Of a stretch of 24,730 nt of DNA, positions 7,140-16,456 are shown one piece after another. The DNA is from a virus (taxonomy: Duplodnaviria; Caudoviricetes), in IMG/VR virus record IMGVR_UViG_3300020432_000050, positions 1-24,730 of that record; one strand, 5' to 3'. How positions within the stretch are numbered: the first letter of the stretch is position 1; every line of letters starts with the position of its first letter. Both the position numbers and the translations under genes were made by a program. The notes under the pieces were generated by a model. It ran no database searches. It saw only the letters and a program-made list of their open reading frames with translations, and was not told the DNA's origin.

Positions 7140-7777
7140 CCTGCTATCTCCATTGCTATAAATACTGAACAAGATCTTTGGTAAGATGTACTGTTTGCAG
7201 TACCATTAACTTCATTTATATACATATTTCTATTACTACCTGAGCCATGAGAAAGAGAAAGACTATAAGTTTGAGCAGAAGTTGAGTTTGGTTTATCTAA
7301 AAGTGCTAACGTAAAACAATTACCAGCATGGTCGGTGTTATTTCCACTTGCAGCTACTCGTTTTCTAACCCCATTAGCATCACCAATAGGTGATGTTGTA
7401 CTGCCTCCATCAACTGCTGTAGTAAGATCAGCTCCACCTCTACGATAATTTATATTCACCTGACTTACCTGACCAGATACAGCGACATTAACAAATCCAC
7501 TTAAATATATTAAACTAGATGTGCTTGATGGGGTAATAGTTACAGCAAACGCAGAATCAGTATTCGCAAATGCACCAGTGCTTACACTACTGAATGATGA
7601 AATATCTGTTTTAATTGTTTGAACAATTTGTAAAAGTTTACCTCCAACACCACTTGCTAATTTTCCAGAAGTTACAGCATTTGCTGCAAGAGTATCTGCA
7701 TCTACCGATCCATCAGGTAAGCCTCCTACAGCTAAACCTCCAATCGTATTTGTTGATCCATTTAATACAAGAGCCAT
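7136..7777 (-). CDS. Tail fibre / receptor-binding-type virion protein (paralog 3)
   Basis: GGKLLQIVQT...VTITPSSTSSLIYL...LLDKPNSTSAQTY...IAMEIAG; N-terminal shaft motif ADTLAANAVTSGKLA. Confidence 0.75.
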   Translation of the reverse strand: MALVLNGSTNTIGGLAVGGLPDGSVDADTLAANAVTSGKLASGVGGKLLQIVQTIKTDISSFSSVSTGAFANTDSAFAVTITPSSTSSLIYLSGFVNVAVSGQVSQVNINYRRGGADLTTAVDGGSTTSPIGDANGVRKRVAASGNNTDHAGNCFTLALLDKPNSTSAQTYSLSLSHGSGSNRNMYINEVNGTANSTSYQRSCSVFIAMEIAG

Positions 7778-7779
7778 AA

Positions 7780-8475
7780 TTAAACCACCGTATATACTGA
7801 ACCGCTAGGTATAGTCAGCGTGACACCTGCGTTAATTGTAATTGGTCCTGCACTTAGAGCATTGCAAGTAGCTCCGAATTCAGTACCTATTGTGTAGTTA
7901 GTTGTCATAGTTGTTCCATTCTCCATAAACAGCTTGTCAGAACCTCCTCCGACAGCTCCACCCCCTGATTGATCAACGAATGAGAGAACACCACTGCCAT
8001 TCGTAGAAAGCACTTGGCCTGAACTCCCTGCACTTGTCGGGAAGGTAGCAACCTTAACCCCGTTAGCTGCAATAGAAACTAATCCTGATCCGCTTCTAAA
8101 TATTCCTGTATCTGTGTCATCAGAAAATGTTATGGAAGGAACTGCAGTAGTTCCATCAGGGAATGTTCCACCAGCATTTAGATAATCAGCAGCTGCAAAG
8201 ATGACTCCAAAAAATGATTCTCCTGCTGCAGGTGCAGAACTGAAACGTATATTTGTCCCTGATAATTTAAAACCTGTTCCTCCAGAATGATCTGGTTCTT
8301 GAATTACACCACCGACTGAAATTAATAATTGTGTCTCATATTTTGGAAATGGTACAGGTGCAGATCCTCCAACTGTCAGAGCAAAATCTTGGAGACTACC
8401 ATTAAACGAACTTGAGATATCATCAATCGCTTTGTAATCATTATTCGACCTTAAATTATTACCTATATACGGCAT
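7780..8475 (-). CDS. Tail fibre-related structural protein
   Basis: MPYIGN start; LLISVGGVIQEP...IRFSSAP domain; GTTAVPSITFSDDTDTGIF; GSSGQVLSTNGSGVLSF shaft motif; C-terminal SAGPITINAGVTLTIPSGS. Confidence 0.75.
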   Translation of the reverse strand: MPYIGNNLRSNNDYKAIDDISSSFNGSLQDFALTVGGSAPVPFPKYETQLLISVGGVIQEPDHSGGTGFKLSGTNIRFSSAPAAGESFFGVIFAAADYLNAGGTFPDGTTAVPSITFSDDTDTGIFRSGSGLVSIAANGVKVATFPTSAGSSGQVLSTNGSGVLSFVDQSGGGAVGGGSDKLFMENGTTMTTNYTIGTEFGATCNALSAGPITINAGVTLTIPSGSVYTVV

Positions 8476-8554
8476 GATTACTGAAATCTTTTATTTGCTT
8501 CTTCTATTTTACAGAGGCTAATTTTTGAGAATTATTACTAATTTTTTAAAAAAT

Positions 8555-8938
8555 TTAAGTATTAGGACCAGTAGTAGATGGTTGTGTTGGCCAGACAACA
8601 TCATCAGGAGTTTTATCTTTATAAGTTTGTGGAATATCTCTTATAACTTGTCTATAAGCAGCCCACTGAGCTTGATCTACAGTTGCACCAGTTGTCATTG
8701 TCCAATCTGTATCTCTTAATATTTGATCTCTTGTAGCTCTAATAACATCCCAAGTTAATGTATCTTCATCAGCAGCTTCGGCTGTGTTCCCCTCTGCCAC
8801 CCACTCAAGGTACTCTTGGTAGTCGGTGTTTGCTTCGTCTATTGGAATAAATAAATCATCTTTTGATCTTATATTACATAATTCTCCTGTAATTGGATTA
8901 TTTACTAATTTATAGATAGGGTTAGTTGGAAATGCCAT
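8555..8938 (-). CDS. Phage tail fibre assembly chaperone
   Basis: N-terminal IPIDEANTDYQEYLEWVAEGN fused to WDVIRATRDQILRDTDWT...WAAYRQVIRDIPQ...WPTQP, the tail assembly chaperone pattern. Confidence 0.8.
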   Translation of the reverse strand: MAFPTNPIYKLVNNPITGELCNIRSKDDLFIPIDEANTDYQEYLEWVAEGNTAEAADEDTLTWDVIRATRDQILRDTDWTMTTGATVDQAQWAAYRQVIRDIPQTYKDKTPDDVVWPTQPSTTGPNT

Positions 8939-8940
8939 AA

Positions 8941-10119
8941 TTAAAGTTCTGCTGAAAATTTGTAATCTGTTGCTCTTGTTGAAGAATTTGCCCCTTCAGT
9001 AATAGCAGGTCTAAAATTAGTTAAATCTGCATCTAAATTTACACTATATTCTGCACAAAATTTATTAGTGCCTGCACTTAGAATAGAGGTAATATTTGCT
9101 CCAGCAGAAGCATCAACGACAGCTTGATTAGAAGTACTACCTGTCTGTGTTATGGATAAAGAAGGTGCAGATCTCATTTGTATAGGAAAATTAAACCCAA
9201 GGGAATACACTCTTGCGTTATTATCGGGAACATAACCTGCTGTCATTATATTATTATGTAATTGAAAATACCTCTGACATAAAGCAAGCTCCTGAGCGAA
9301 TGACCTATGCTCAAAATCTGTTGCCACGCTGCCTACTTCTAATTGAAGTCCTGTAATTTCTAAGGTCGCATCATTTGTTGTGTACCATGTTGATGTTTGA
9401 TCTGGTGTTAAATTACCACTTGCATAGGCTATCCATTGATCTACAGAAACACCAGAGGTGTAACTTGTTCCAAAAAAAGCAGCAAAATTAATTTCTAAAC
9501 CTGCATTTACATTATTATCAAAAGTTAAATTACTATTGCCTGGTATTGTTTTTATTACCTTAGTCCAAGTATCTGCTGAAAGTGAACCAGTTTCAAAAGG
9601 ATAATTATAACTAGTGCCATCATGAGATCGTATATGACCATAAAAATTTTGTGCAACACTTGATTTAATCCAAAAAGAAAATGTTATTTTACTATTTGAA
9701 TCTGTATAATTCCAACCACTATTTGCAATATCTTGTGCTTCTAAAGTTGTTCTTACTAAAATGTAATCATCAGCACCAGCTCCACCTGTTTGATTTCCAT
9801 TTGTAATCTTTAATGCTTTTCTAAAACCATTTGTATAAGGTGTTGTTCCGCTTGCAACATCTACTTGTGCATGAGTAGGTGCTTCATCAGTATTACCATT
9901 TAGACATTGGAACCTATCAACACTCCCAAAACCATTTGTTGTTGATGACGTACCACGTTGAGCCACTTGCATAGCTCCATTAATTATTAAATTTCTATTA
10001 CCTAACTGTCCAGCTAAAGGTAAAATATCATCTGTTAAATCTTGTTTTTCAGCTGCAGTAAAGTTTGTATTCTTTACGTTTGTAGAAAGCCTATCTGAAC
10101 TTACTGTATTAAGAGCCAT
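8941..10119 (-). CDS. Tail fibre protein with carbohydrate-binding-like domain
   Basis: NRNLIINGAMQVAQRGTS...ITFSFWIKS...TGLQLEVGSVATDFEHRSFAQELALCQRYF, characteristic of phage fibre/RBP proteins; SD GGAGG upstream. Confidence 0.8.
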   Translation of the reverse strand: MALNTVSSDRLSTNVKNTNFTAAEKQDLTDDILPLAGQLGNRNLIINGAMQVAQRGTSSTTNGFGSVDRFQCLNGNTDEAPTHAQVDVASGTTPYTNGFRKALKITNGNQTGGAGADDYILVRTTLEAQDIANSGWNYTDSNSKITFSFWIKSSVAQNFYGHIRSHDGTSYNYPFETGSLSADTWTKVIKTIPGNSNLTFDNNVNAGLEINFAAFFGTSYTSGVSVDQWIAYASGNLTPDQTSTWYTTNDATLEITGLQLEVGSVATDFEHRSFAQELALCQRYFQLHNNIMTAGYVPDNNARVYSLGFNFPIQMRSAPSLSITQTGSTSNQAVVDASAGANITSILSAGTNKFCAEYSVNLDADLTNFRPAITEGANSSTRATDYKFSAEL

Positions 10120-10132
10120 GTGTTATACCTCC

Positions 10133-10477
10133 TTAAGTTTGATCTAGATAACTTACAGTTGCGTCTATTTTACCTGCAGTTTGAGCACGTATTCTAAGAA
10201 TGTCATTTGCTTGCATTATTATTTTTGATCCAGCTATTATTTCTAAAGCACTACCTGCAGGTACAGGTGCATTTTTTATAAGGTGAGTATCGTCTGCAGC
10301 ACCATCTTTTACTAAAGCAACATCAACCTGAACACTAGATGCTGAGGTATTTGAAAGCAGTATGCTTAATAAAACTAGTGTTGAACTACCACCAGCGGTA
10401 ACAACAGTTGCATTAGTACTAGTAACGGCATCCGTTACTACGTTTAATTTAGTGTCGCTTTTGAAGGTATTTGCCAT
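10133..10477 (-). CDS. Small virion structural protein (fibre adaptor-like)
   Basis: 114 aa, all-beta pattern, MANTFK start; lies within the fibre cluster. Confidence 0.65.
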   Translation of the reverse strand: MANTFKSDTKLNVVTDAVTSTNATVVTAGGSSTLVLLSILLSNTSASSVQVDVALVKDGAADDTHLIKNAPVPAGSALEIIAGSKIIMQANDILRIRAQTAGKIDATVSYLDQT

Positions 10478-10478
10478 A

Positions 10479-10883
10479 TTATCCTAGTGCAAGAATTAAT
10501 GCAATTTGATCAGAAAAATTGGTAGTAGTTGCAGATAGTGTTCCCGTTATGGTTACATTACCTGGAATTGTTACTGCCCCATTAGAATCTATTGTAAGAC
10601 GTGCAACTCCTCCAGTTACTATTGATATTTCATCATTAACAGGACTTATCAAGCCTGTATTGGTATCTCCATTAAATTTTAAAGAACAATTATTTAAATC
10701 ACCAGTCTTTGAAAATAAAGAATTAGATCCATCTTGTCTTAATAATGGAAAACCTCCATTGGTTATTGCATCATGTATTACAACAGTTTTTAATGAGGTA
10801 TCTACTGTAACTTCACCATCAGCACCCTTAAAGCCTGAATGTTCTGCTGTTGTTCCTCTTCTAAATTGAACTTGAGTTGCCAT
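10479..10883 (-). CDS. Short fibre protein with major-tropism-determinant-like N-terminal domain
   Basis: MATQVQFRRGTTAEH...GADGEVTVDT...HD..T.GGFPL matches the Mtd_N-type motif; ends IALILALG. Confidence 0.75.
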   Translation of the reverse strand: MATQVQFRRGTTAEHSGFKGADGEVTVDTSLKTVVIHDAITNGGFPLLRQDGSNSLFSKTGDLNNCSLKFNGDTNTGLISPVNDEISIVTGGVARLTIDSNGAVTIPGNVTITGTLSATTTNFSDQIALILALG

Positions 10884-10887
10884 AATA

Positions 10888-12402
10888 CTATCCTAACGCC
10901 ACTGCTATTGCAGTAGCAAAATCTTCTGTAGTGAGTGTAGCTATATCCTTACCATCAACTGTTCCTGTGACTGTGATATTTCCTGTTACGTCAAGACCAG
11001 CACCAACATCTAAATTACCAGCTACATCTACTTGACCATCAGAAGCTAATTGAAATCTATTAGCAGTATTATCAAGATCTCTTATAGTGAAGACACCACC
11101 ACGATTTTGTAGTGCAAAATCACTTTCAGCATTATTGTCACTTAATATTAAAGAAGGCTGTGCATTTTCAATAGTTATATCATTAGCTGTTGTAGACGTT
11201 ACAAGTGTTCCATTAGCATTAGGAACAGTAAGTGTTCTTGTTGTGCTTGTAGATATTCCTGAAGCATCAAAAGCAACTTGTTTTGTAGTATCAGTATTAT
11301 CGATAACTCTAAAACCGTTTGCCTTTGCAACAACAGCATCAGATGTTAATGATGTTATTCCAGTCAAAGTTGTGACACTACTTCCAAGAGCAACTGCTGA
11401 ATTTCCAATTGTTACTGTGCTATTTGCTAGATTACTGTTAGCAATTGAAGATGCAGTAGTAAGAACAGTTCCTGTTTCGGCTGGAAGAGTAATAGTAACG
11501 TCAGCTGTGGATGCAGGACCTTTTAGCGTGGCAGAATTTGTTCCATTATCAGTATCTTCTTTAAAAATTATGCTACCAGCAGAAGTTGAAGATCCTGTAA
11601 GAACTGGAGCAGTAAGACTTTTATTTGTTAAGGTTTCTGTTCCTGTGGTTGAAACTAATGTGGCATTTGAAACAGCAGTATTAAATTGAGCAAAGGTTCC
11701 AGTTAAAGTATTACTCGCAAGGTTTACAGATTTATTTGTTAGAGTCTCAGAACCTGTTGTGGTTGCAAGAGTTGCATCCGTAACAGCAGTGTTGAACTGA
11801 GCTATAGTCCCTGATATTGTATTTGATCCAAGAGCTAAAGTTTTATTTGTTAAAGTTACTGAATTATTTAAAGTTACGGGATAAGAAATATCACTTGTTA
11901 GAGCTACGGTTCCTGTTGCATCAGGGAAGGTTATCGTTCTTACATCAGTAGGGTTTGTAACTGCTAAACGTGTTTCATTACTATTAGCTACAGATCCTTC
12001 GTAAATTATTGTCCCTGTTACTCCACTGATATTAATTGAATTAGCTGCTCCAGCAGTCGATCCACTTGCATATAAATCTTCAGATATAAAAGTATCTACA
12101 CCTACAAAAGTACTTGTCGTAGCTCCCAAAGAAACACTTGTGCTCCCTATAGTTACAGCTGAGTTTGCTAATTGAGAATTAGGTATTGCACTGGTTCCTA
12201 ATACTCCAGTAGAAGAGTTATATGTTAATCCTGAACTACCAGCAACACTGAGTGCACCTCTAGCTCTAGTGTTCGTAAAATATTGATTTGAACCCTCACT
12301 TAAATCGGAAGTACTATTTCCAGCAAAATCTAATTTATCTGCAGAAGAATTTAACTCCTGAAAAAGACCAGAAACAAGTACTAACGCCTTCCTAGTTGCC
12401 AT
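10888..12402 (-). CDS. Long fibre shaft protein (504 aa)
   Basis: Thr/Ser-rich; internal repeats TLTNK, LANSxVTIG and RTITFPDATGT; TSDLSEGSNQYFTNTR motif; ends AIAVALG. Confidence 0.8.
   Translation of the reverse strand: MATRKALVLVSGLFQELNSSADKLDFAGNSTSDLSEGSNQYFTNTRARGALSVAGSSGLTYNSSTGVLGTSAIPNSQLANSAVTIGSTSVSLGATTSTFVGVDTFISEDLYASGSTAGAANSINISGVTGTIIYEGSVANSNETRLAVTNPTDVRTITFPDATGTVALTSDISYPVTLNNSVTLTNKTLALGSNTISGTIAQFNTAVTDATLATTTGSETLTNKSVNLASNTLTGTFAQFNTAVSNATLVSTTGTETLTNKSLTAPVLTGSSTSAGSIIFKEDTDNGTNSATLKGPASTADVTITLPAETGTVLTTASSIANSNLANSTVTIGNSAVALGSSVTTLTGITSLTSDAVVAKANGFRVIDNTDTTKQVAFDASGISTSTTRTLTVPNANGTLVTSTTANDITIENAQPSLILSDNNAESDFALQNRGGVFTIRDLDNTANRFQLASDGQVDVAGNLDVGAGLDVTGNITVTGTVDGKDIATLTTEDFATAIAVALG
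11620..11856 (-). repeat. Tandem 111-nt (37-aa) repeat in the fibre gene, two units plus a partial third
   Basis: TLTNKTLALGSNTISGTIAQFNTAVTDATLATTTGSE / TLTNKSVNLASNTLTGTFAQFNTAVSNATLVSTTGTE / TLTNK. Confidence 0.85.
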
Positions 12403-12468
12403 TTCATATCTCGATCAAGTCCTTAACCAAAAGAACTTATTTATATTTATTTTACGACCACTAAATTG

Positions 12469-12921
12469 TTAATCTATTTCTATCGGTGGCTCTGTCTTTA
12501 CTACTAAAGATGTTGTAGTTGCAGCTTCACCAACTCTTGTAACGAAATGTCCTGAGCTAGATGGTGGAGTTTTTGTAATAGCTCCTGCAGAACTAGCAGA
12601 TAAAAAATAATGATCTCCTGCATCTAATCCTGAAACAGGAGTTACACCTTCAACAATACATCTGACTAAATTACCAGCAGTTACAGTTGTTTCTACAAAC
12701 CCTACTACCCTTGCTTTGTCTTGTGTATCATTAGCTATAGCTTTTCCAAGTTGACCATCACTAGCTCTTGAAAATACAGCATCTCCTTGGTTTAAATTTT
12801 CAAAAGCATTTGCAGCAAAACCATTTATTTTATTTGCTATTTGTCCTGGAAAATTTGATTTTAAATCAATTAATGCTTCAGTAAATCCCTGAGCATTGGG
12901 GGCATAAGGTTCGTAAGACAT
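12469..12921 (-). CDS. Virion structural protein (capsid cement / head fibre-like), paralog A
   Basis: AFENLNQGDAVF...GLDAGDHYFLSASSAGAIT.TPPSS.G..V.RVGEA; highly similar to the neighbouring 176-aa protein. Confidence 0.7.
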   Translation of the reverse strand: MSYEPYAPNAQGFTEALIDLKSNFPGQIANKINGFAANAFENLNQGDAVFSRASDGQLGKAIANDTQDKARVVGFVETTVTAGNLVRCIVEGVTPVSGLDAGDHYFLSASSAGAITKTPPSSSGHFVTRVGEAATTTSLVVKTEPPIEID

Positions 12922-13451
12922 TAACTTAGTTTAACTGGAGGTTCAATTTGAATAGATAATTTGGTTGCGGTTGCAGCCTCACCTATTCTTACAACTGCTT
13001 GTCCAGCAGAAGAGGGAGGAGTTGCAGTTATTGCACCTGCTGTCGTAGCAGATAAGAAGAATAAATCTCCTGCATCTAATCCTGATATATCTTTTAATCC
13101 AGCTACTGCGACTTGTAATGATTCACCAGTAAGAGCGGATATATTTGCAAAACCAATTACAAAGGCATTCTCTATCGTTCCATCTGCAGCACTAGCTTTA
13201 CCTACTTTTCCATCTGACGTTCTCATATATAAAGCATCACCTTCAGTAACATTCTCAAATGCAACAGCGTTAAACGTAACTTGAGCAGGAGCAAAAGTTG
13301 GAAAGCCCTCTTTTAAATCAATTACTGCATCTACTAATCCTCTGTAGTTAGGCTCATATGGTTCACGAGCTAAGTTAACATTATTTGCTATCATCAAATC
13401 TCTTAATGCAGCAATAGCTCCTTGTATATTTGGTTCGTACCCTGTTGCCAT
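12921..13451 (-). CDS. Virion structural protein (capsid cement / head fibre-like), paralog B
   Basis: AFENVTEGDALY...GLDAGDLFFLSATTAGAITATPPSSAG..VRIGEA; carries two N-terminal YEPN repeats. Confidence 0.7.
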   Translation of the reverse strand: MATGYEPNIQGAIAALRDLMIANNVNLAREPYEPNYRGLVDAVIDLKEGFPTFAPAQVTFNAVAFENVTEGDALYMRTSDGKVGKASAADGTIENAFVIGFANISALTGESLQVAVAGLKDISGLDAGDLFFLSATTAGAITATPPSSAGQAVVRIGEAATATKLSIQIEPPVKLS

Positions 13452-13506
13452 TTTATTTACATATAATTATCTATTTTAAACTGTGCCTACCATTATAATT
13501 AAAATT

Positions 13507-13749
13507 ATGGAACCTCAAGTTATTGCAGCTATTATCTCAGGAAGTATTGGAGCCTTTGCTGGTATATCAAGGGCTTTAGGTAATTTTAATAAAAAATTAG
13601 ATAGAAGATTTGAAAATATTGAAAAAAACGTAGAAAAATTAAAATATGAAGTTTTACATGATTATGTATTAAAAGAAGATTTTTTAAGAGAAATGCAAGC
13701 AGTTCATAGTAAATTAGATAGAATTTTAGATCACTTATTAAATAAATAA
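13507..13749 (+). CDS. Small membrane protein with coiled coil (holin-like candidate)
   Basis: MEPQVIAAIISGSIGAFAGI hydrophobic N-terminus, coiled coil, then YVLKEDF...KLDRILDHLL. ATG 13507 preferred over GTG 13483. Confidence 0.7.
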   Translation: MEPQVIAAIISGSIGAFAGISRALGNFNKKLDRRFENIEKNVEKLKYEVLHDYVLKEDFLREMQAVHSKLDRILDHLLNK

Positions 13750-14178
13750 TTAGACAGCTTGCCAATTATTAATAGAAGACAAATATATTTTTAAAGATCC
13801 GCCTGAATTTGTATCCCAAACTAATTGTCCATTGACAGGATTAGCTGGTAATCCAGCAGAGACAGATGCAACTGCTTTTACAATCTGAAATGCAGAGCCA
13901 TCATGAACTTTAAATATATGAGTACTGGCTGTATCTAACCAAGTTTCACCTTTACTAGACGAGGTAAATCCTGCAGGTAAGTTGTTAGGTGCAGTAGATC
14001 CAATATGTACAGGACCTACTTTAATTAAACCTGTGCTTGGAGATGCAGTATTATCTGCAAAGAATAAACCTGGACTTACACTATTATTATTTACTGCTAA
14101 TTCACCAGCTCCTAGTCTTATTGGAAAAGGTCTGTCATGTGCTGTGCTCGATCTACGAGATTGAATTTGTACTGCCAT
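13750..14178 (-). CDS. Virion fibre-type structural protein
   Basis: MAVQIQSRRSS...RP...LGAGELAVN start; STAP...GETWLDT and P.NPVNGQLVWDT repeats typical of fibre proteins. Confidence 0.7.
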   Translation of the reverse strand: MAVQIQSRRSSTAHDRPFPIRLGAGELAVNNNSVSPGLFFADNTASPSTGLIKVGPVHIGSTAPNNLPAGFTSSSKGETWLDTASTHIFKVHDGSAFQIVKAVASVSAGLPANPVNGQLVWDTNSGGSLKIYLSSINNWQAV

Positions 14179-14180
14179 AG

Positions 14181-16451
14181 TTAGACATTTATATATAGTC
14201 CTGCATCTACTACTGTATCTTGGGCAGTCTCTGGATTATATGTTCCAGCATCCATATTACTTGTATTAATTGAAGCATCTAATAGTTCTCCATTTATATA
14301 GTCCCCAGCTTTTAATAATCCTGATTCAAAAACATTAGTAAATTCTGATAATGGTTTATTAACGATTCCAAATTTTATATCGTCTAAAACTGTAGGAGCC
14401 TTATTAAATAATTTATTCACCATCGCAATCATTCTGTTTGTAGTATTAAAAGCTTTACCCGATCTATTTAACCCACCTGTCTCATCTCTTTTCAAGCTGT
14501 CAGTTAAAGTCATAGCAATTACAGATGGATCAAAATTAGCAACATCTTGAGGTAAATTAAAATCTCCAATAATATTTTTATTTCCTTCCCACTTTGTAGA
14601 TCGATTATATAAAGCAAATACTTCAACAGCTTCTTGCATCTTTCTCTTTTCTTTCGCCCACCTTTTTTCCCAACTTTCTAACCCTTTTCCAATTGGTTTA
14701 TCACTAGGTTCTAATAACCATGCTCCTACATATTCGTGTTTCTTTAAATTTTCAACAGTTACATATCCACCTGTAGTCTGTGTAAAAGGATAAACTACAG
14801 TAAAACTATTTGGATTAGGAACATCAGTAATTGTATATTCACCTGATATTGCATTTCCACTTGTAAAATTTAATTGAATTTTATCGTTTTTATTTAAATT
14901 ATGATTCTCAAAATCTACAGTAATATTTATACCATCTTGATTGTATTTTGCTGCTAATTTAAGTGGCTCATTACCTTCATCATGGAGTATTGACCACATA
15001 GCAGCGTAAATATGCTTGCACCAACGAAGTTGATAATATTGTAAATTTTGAAAAGAATCTTGTTTTTCATCTTCATATTCTGGTAACTCATAAAAATTAT
15101 TTATTGTGACATAACCTAAGTCTCTAAATACTCCAGGCTCATCTCTTCTTTCATCTATAGATCCATCATTCTGAATTATATTTCCTGGCTTTGTATCTCG
15201 AATTGCAGTTACAGGAAACTTCTCATGATTATTTCTACTAAATAAATCATAACTATCTCGTCTAGAAAAATCTTGACAAGAACAATTCCATCTTAGTTCT
15301 GTTGTTAAAAACCTTCCTACTGCAAAGCCTCTATGAGCTGGTACAGTTGTTTTAGCTATTGTATCTACAGTTTTTGCACCATAACTATCTGCTTTTTGAA
15401 AAATAATTTCATTTGTTGTTGCATCAGATCCTGTTACTGTATATCCAACATAATCGTCATATCTAAAACCTCTTATTAATCTAAATAATTTTAAATTTCC
15501 TGAAGTTGTTCCAGTAGGAATTGTAGTGAATTTAAATTGCGTAGGACTGGTAACTTCAATCGTATATCTACCTGATAAGACAGCCCCTGTACTTATATCA
15601 ACAAAAACTCTATTATCTGTAGATAATCCATGAGCAGAACTGCAAGTAACTGTAACTGTAGATCCTGATCTCGAATACGTAGAAGATATACCTGAATCTC
15701 TTTCAACAATTCGATCTGCCATTCTTTCTCCTGCTAAAAAAGCAACCTCAGTAGGTAAAGACCTAAGTTTTACTCTTATAAATCTCCAACGAGTATCATT
15801 AAATTCTGTTGAATTATGATAGACAACATTTCCTGAAGTTGTTGCAGAGCTAGAAGCAGTTAAGGTAAAAGTATTCTGTGTCTTACTTATAATTGTTAAA
15901 GTCTCATCTGTCGCACTACCTGTAGATATATCTAAATAAACATCATCACCTGGAAATAAGCCATGATCATTTTTTGTTACCACTAAGGTTGTTCCACTTT
16001 GAGAGTATGTAGCATTTACTTGAGGTGCTAAATACCTGACATCTAATATTGGTAAACCAAAATCGTAAAAACTAAATCCATCTGTATCTCGCATTCCACA
16101 AATATGCTCACCTAATTCTTGATTAGTAGATGGAAAAGTAAATATCCTTGCAGGTATAAAAACTCCAGGAAATTGCTGAAAAGTAAAAAATAATCTGTAG
16201 TCTCCTCTTTTATCTCTTTCTTTCGCTGTAGATCCTAATATCTGTTGTGTAAATGTATATAATTCATAGCCTCTTCTCCATCTAGTCCATAAAGAATCTT
16301 GATTATAAAATTTAACTTCACTCTCTAATGCATATCCATCAGAGCCTCTTGGATAGACACTAGGTTTTTTTGGAATATTCTCGAAATTTTTAAAATTATT
16401 TTTTAATTCGAAATTAGATTTATCTTCGAATTTTTTAAATCCGAATGACAT
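14181..16451 (-). CDS. Large protein with split SWIM zinc finger and three beta-repeat (FCCH-like) domains
   Basis: WNCSCQDF (Cys codons 15276-15284) and WCKHIYA (15012-15020); three repeats of Y.QSG..V.V....HGL...D.V.LD..TG...G.YTI....NTF. Confidence 0.75.
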   Translation of the reverse strand: MSFGFKKFEDKSNFELKNNFKNFENIPKKPSVYPRGSDGYALESEVKFYNQDSLWTRWRRGYELYTFTQQILGSTAKERDKRGDYRLFFTFQQFPGVFIPARIFTFPSTNQELGEHICGMRDTDGFSFYDFGLPILDVRYLAPQVNATYSQSGTTLVVTKNDHGLFPGDDVYLDISTGSATDETLTIISKTQNTFTLTASSSATTSGNVVYHNSTEFNDTRWRFIRVKLRSLPTEVAFLAGERMADRIVERDSGISSTYSRSGSTVTVTCSSAHGLSTDNRVFVDISTGAVLSGRYTIEVTSPTQFKFTTIPTGTTSGNLKLFRLIRGFRYDDYVGYTVTGSDATTNEIIFQKADSYGAKTVDTIAKTTVPAHRGFAVGRFLTTELRWNCSCQDFSRRDSYDLFSRNNHEKFPVTAIRDTKPGNIIQNDGSIDERRDEPGVFRDLGYVTINNFYELPEYEDEKQDSFQNLQYYQLRWCKHIYAAMWSILHDEGNEPLKLAAKYNQDGINITVDFENHNLNKNDKIQLNFTSGNAISGEYTITDVPNPNSFTVVYPFTQTTGGYVTVENLKKHEYVGAWLLEPSDKPIGKGLESWEKRWAKEKRKMQEAVEVFALYNRSTKWEGNKNIIGDFNLPQDVANFDPSVIAMTLTDSLKRDETGGLNRSGKAFNTTNRMIAMVNKLFNKAPTVLDDIKFGIVNKPLSEFTNVFESGLLKAGDYINGELLDASINTSNMDAGTYNPETAQDTVVDAGLYINV

Positions 16452-16456
16452 AATCT

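Noticed and set aside
8519-8557. AT-rich imperfect palindrome between fibre genes
   Set aside because: Almost all A/T with mismatches; cannot be told from chance.
10479-10883. Diversity-generating retroelement suggested by the Mtd-like N-terminus and paralogous RBPs
   Set aside because: No reverse transcriptase in the window, and I saw no near-identical template/variable repeat pair differing only at adenines.
5977-13284. Plus-strand ORFs 5977..6243, 8525..8719, 10519..10869, 11087..11689 and 12961..13284
   Set aside because: Antisense shadows of well-supported minus-strand fibre genes, with no recognisable motifs.
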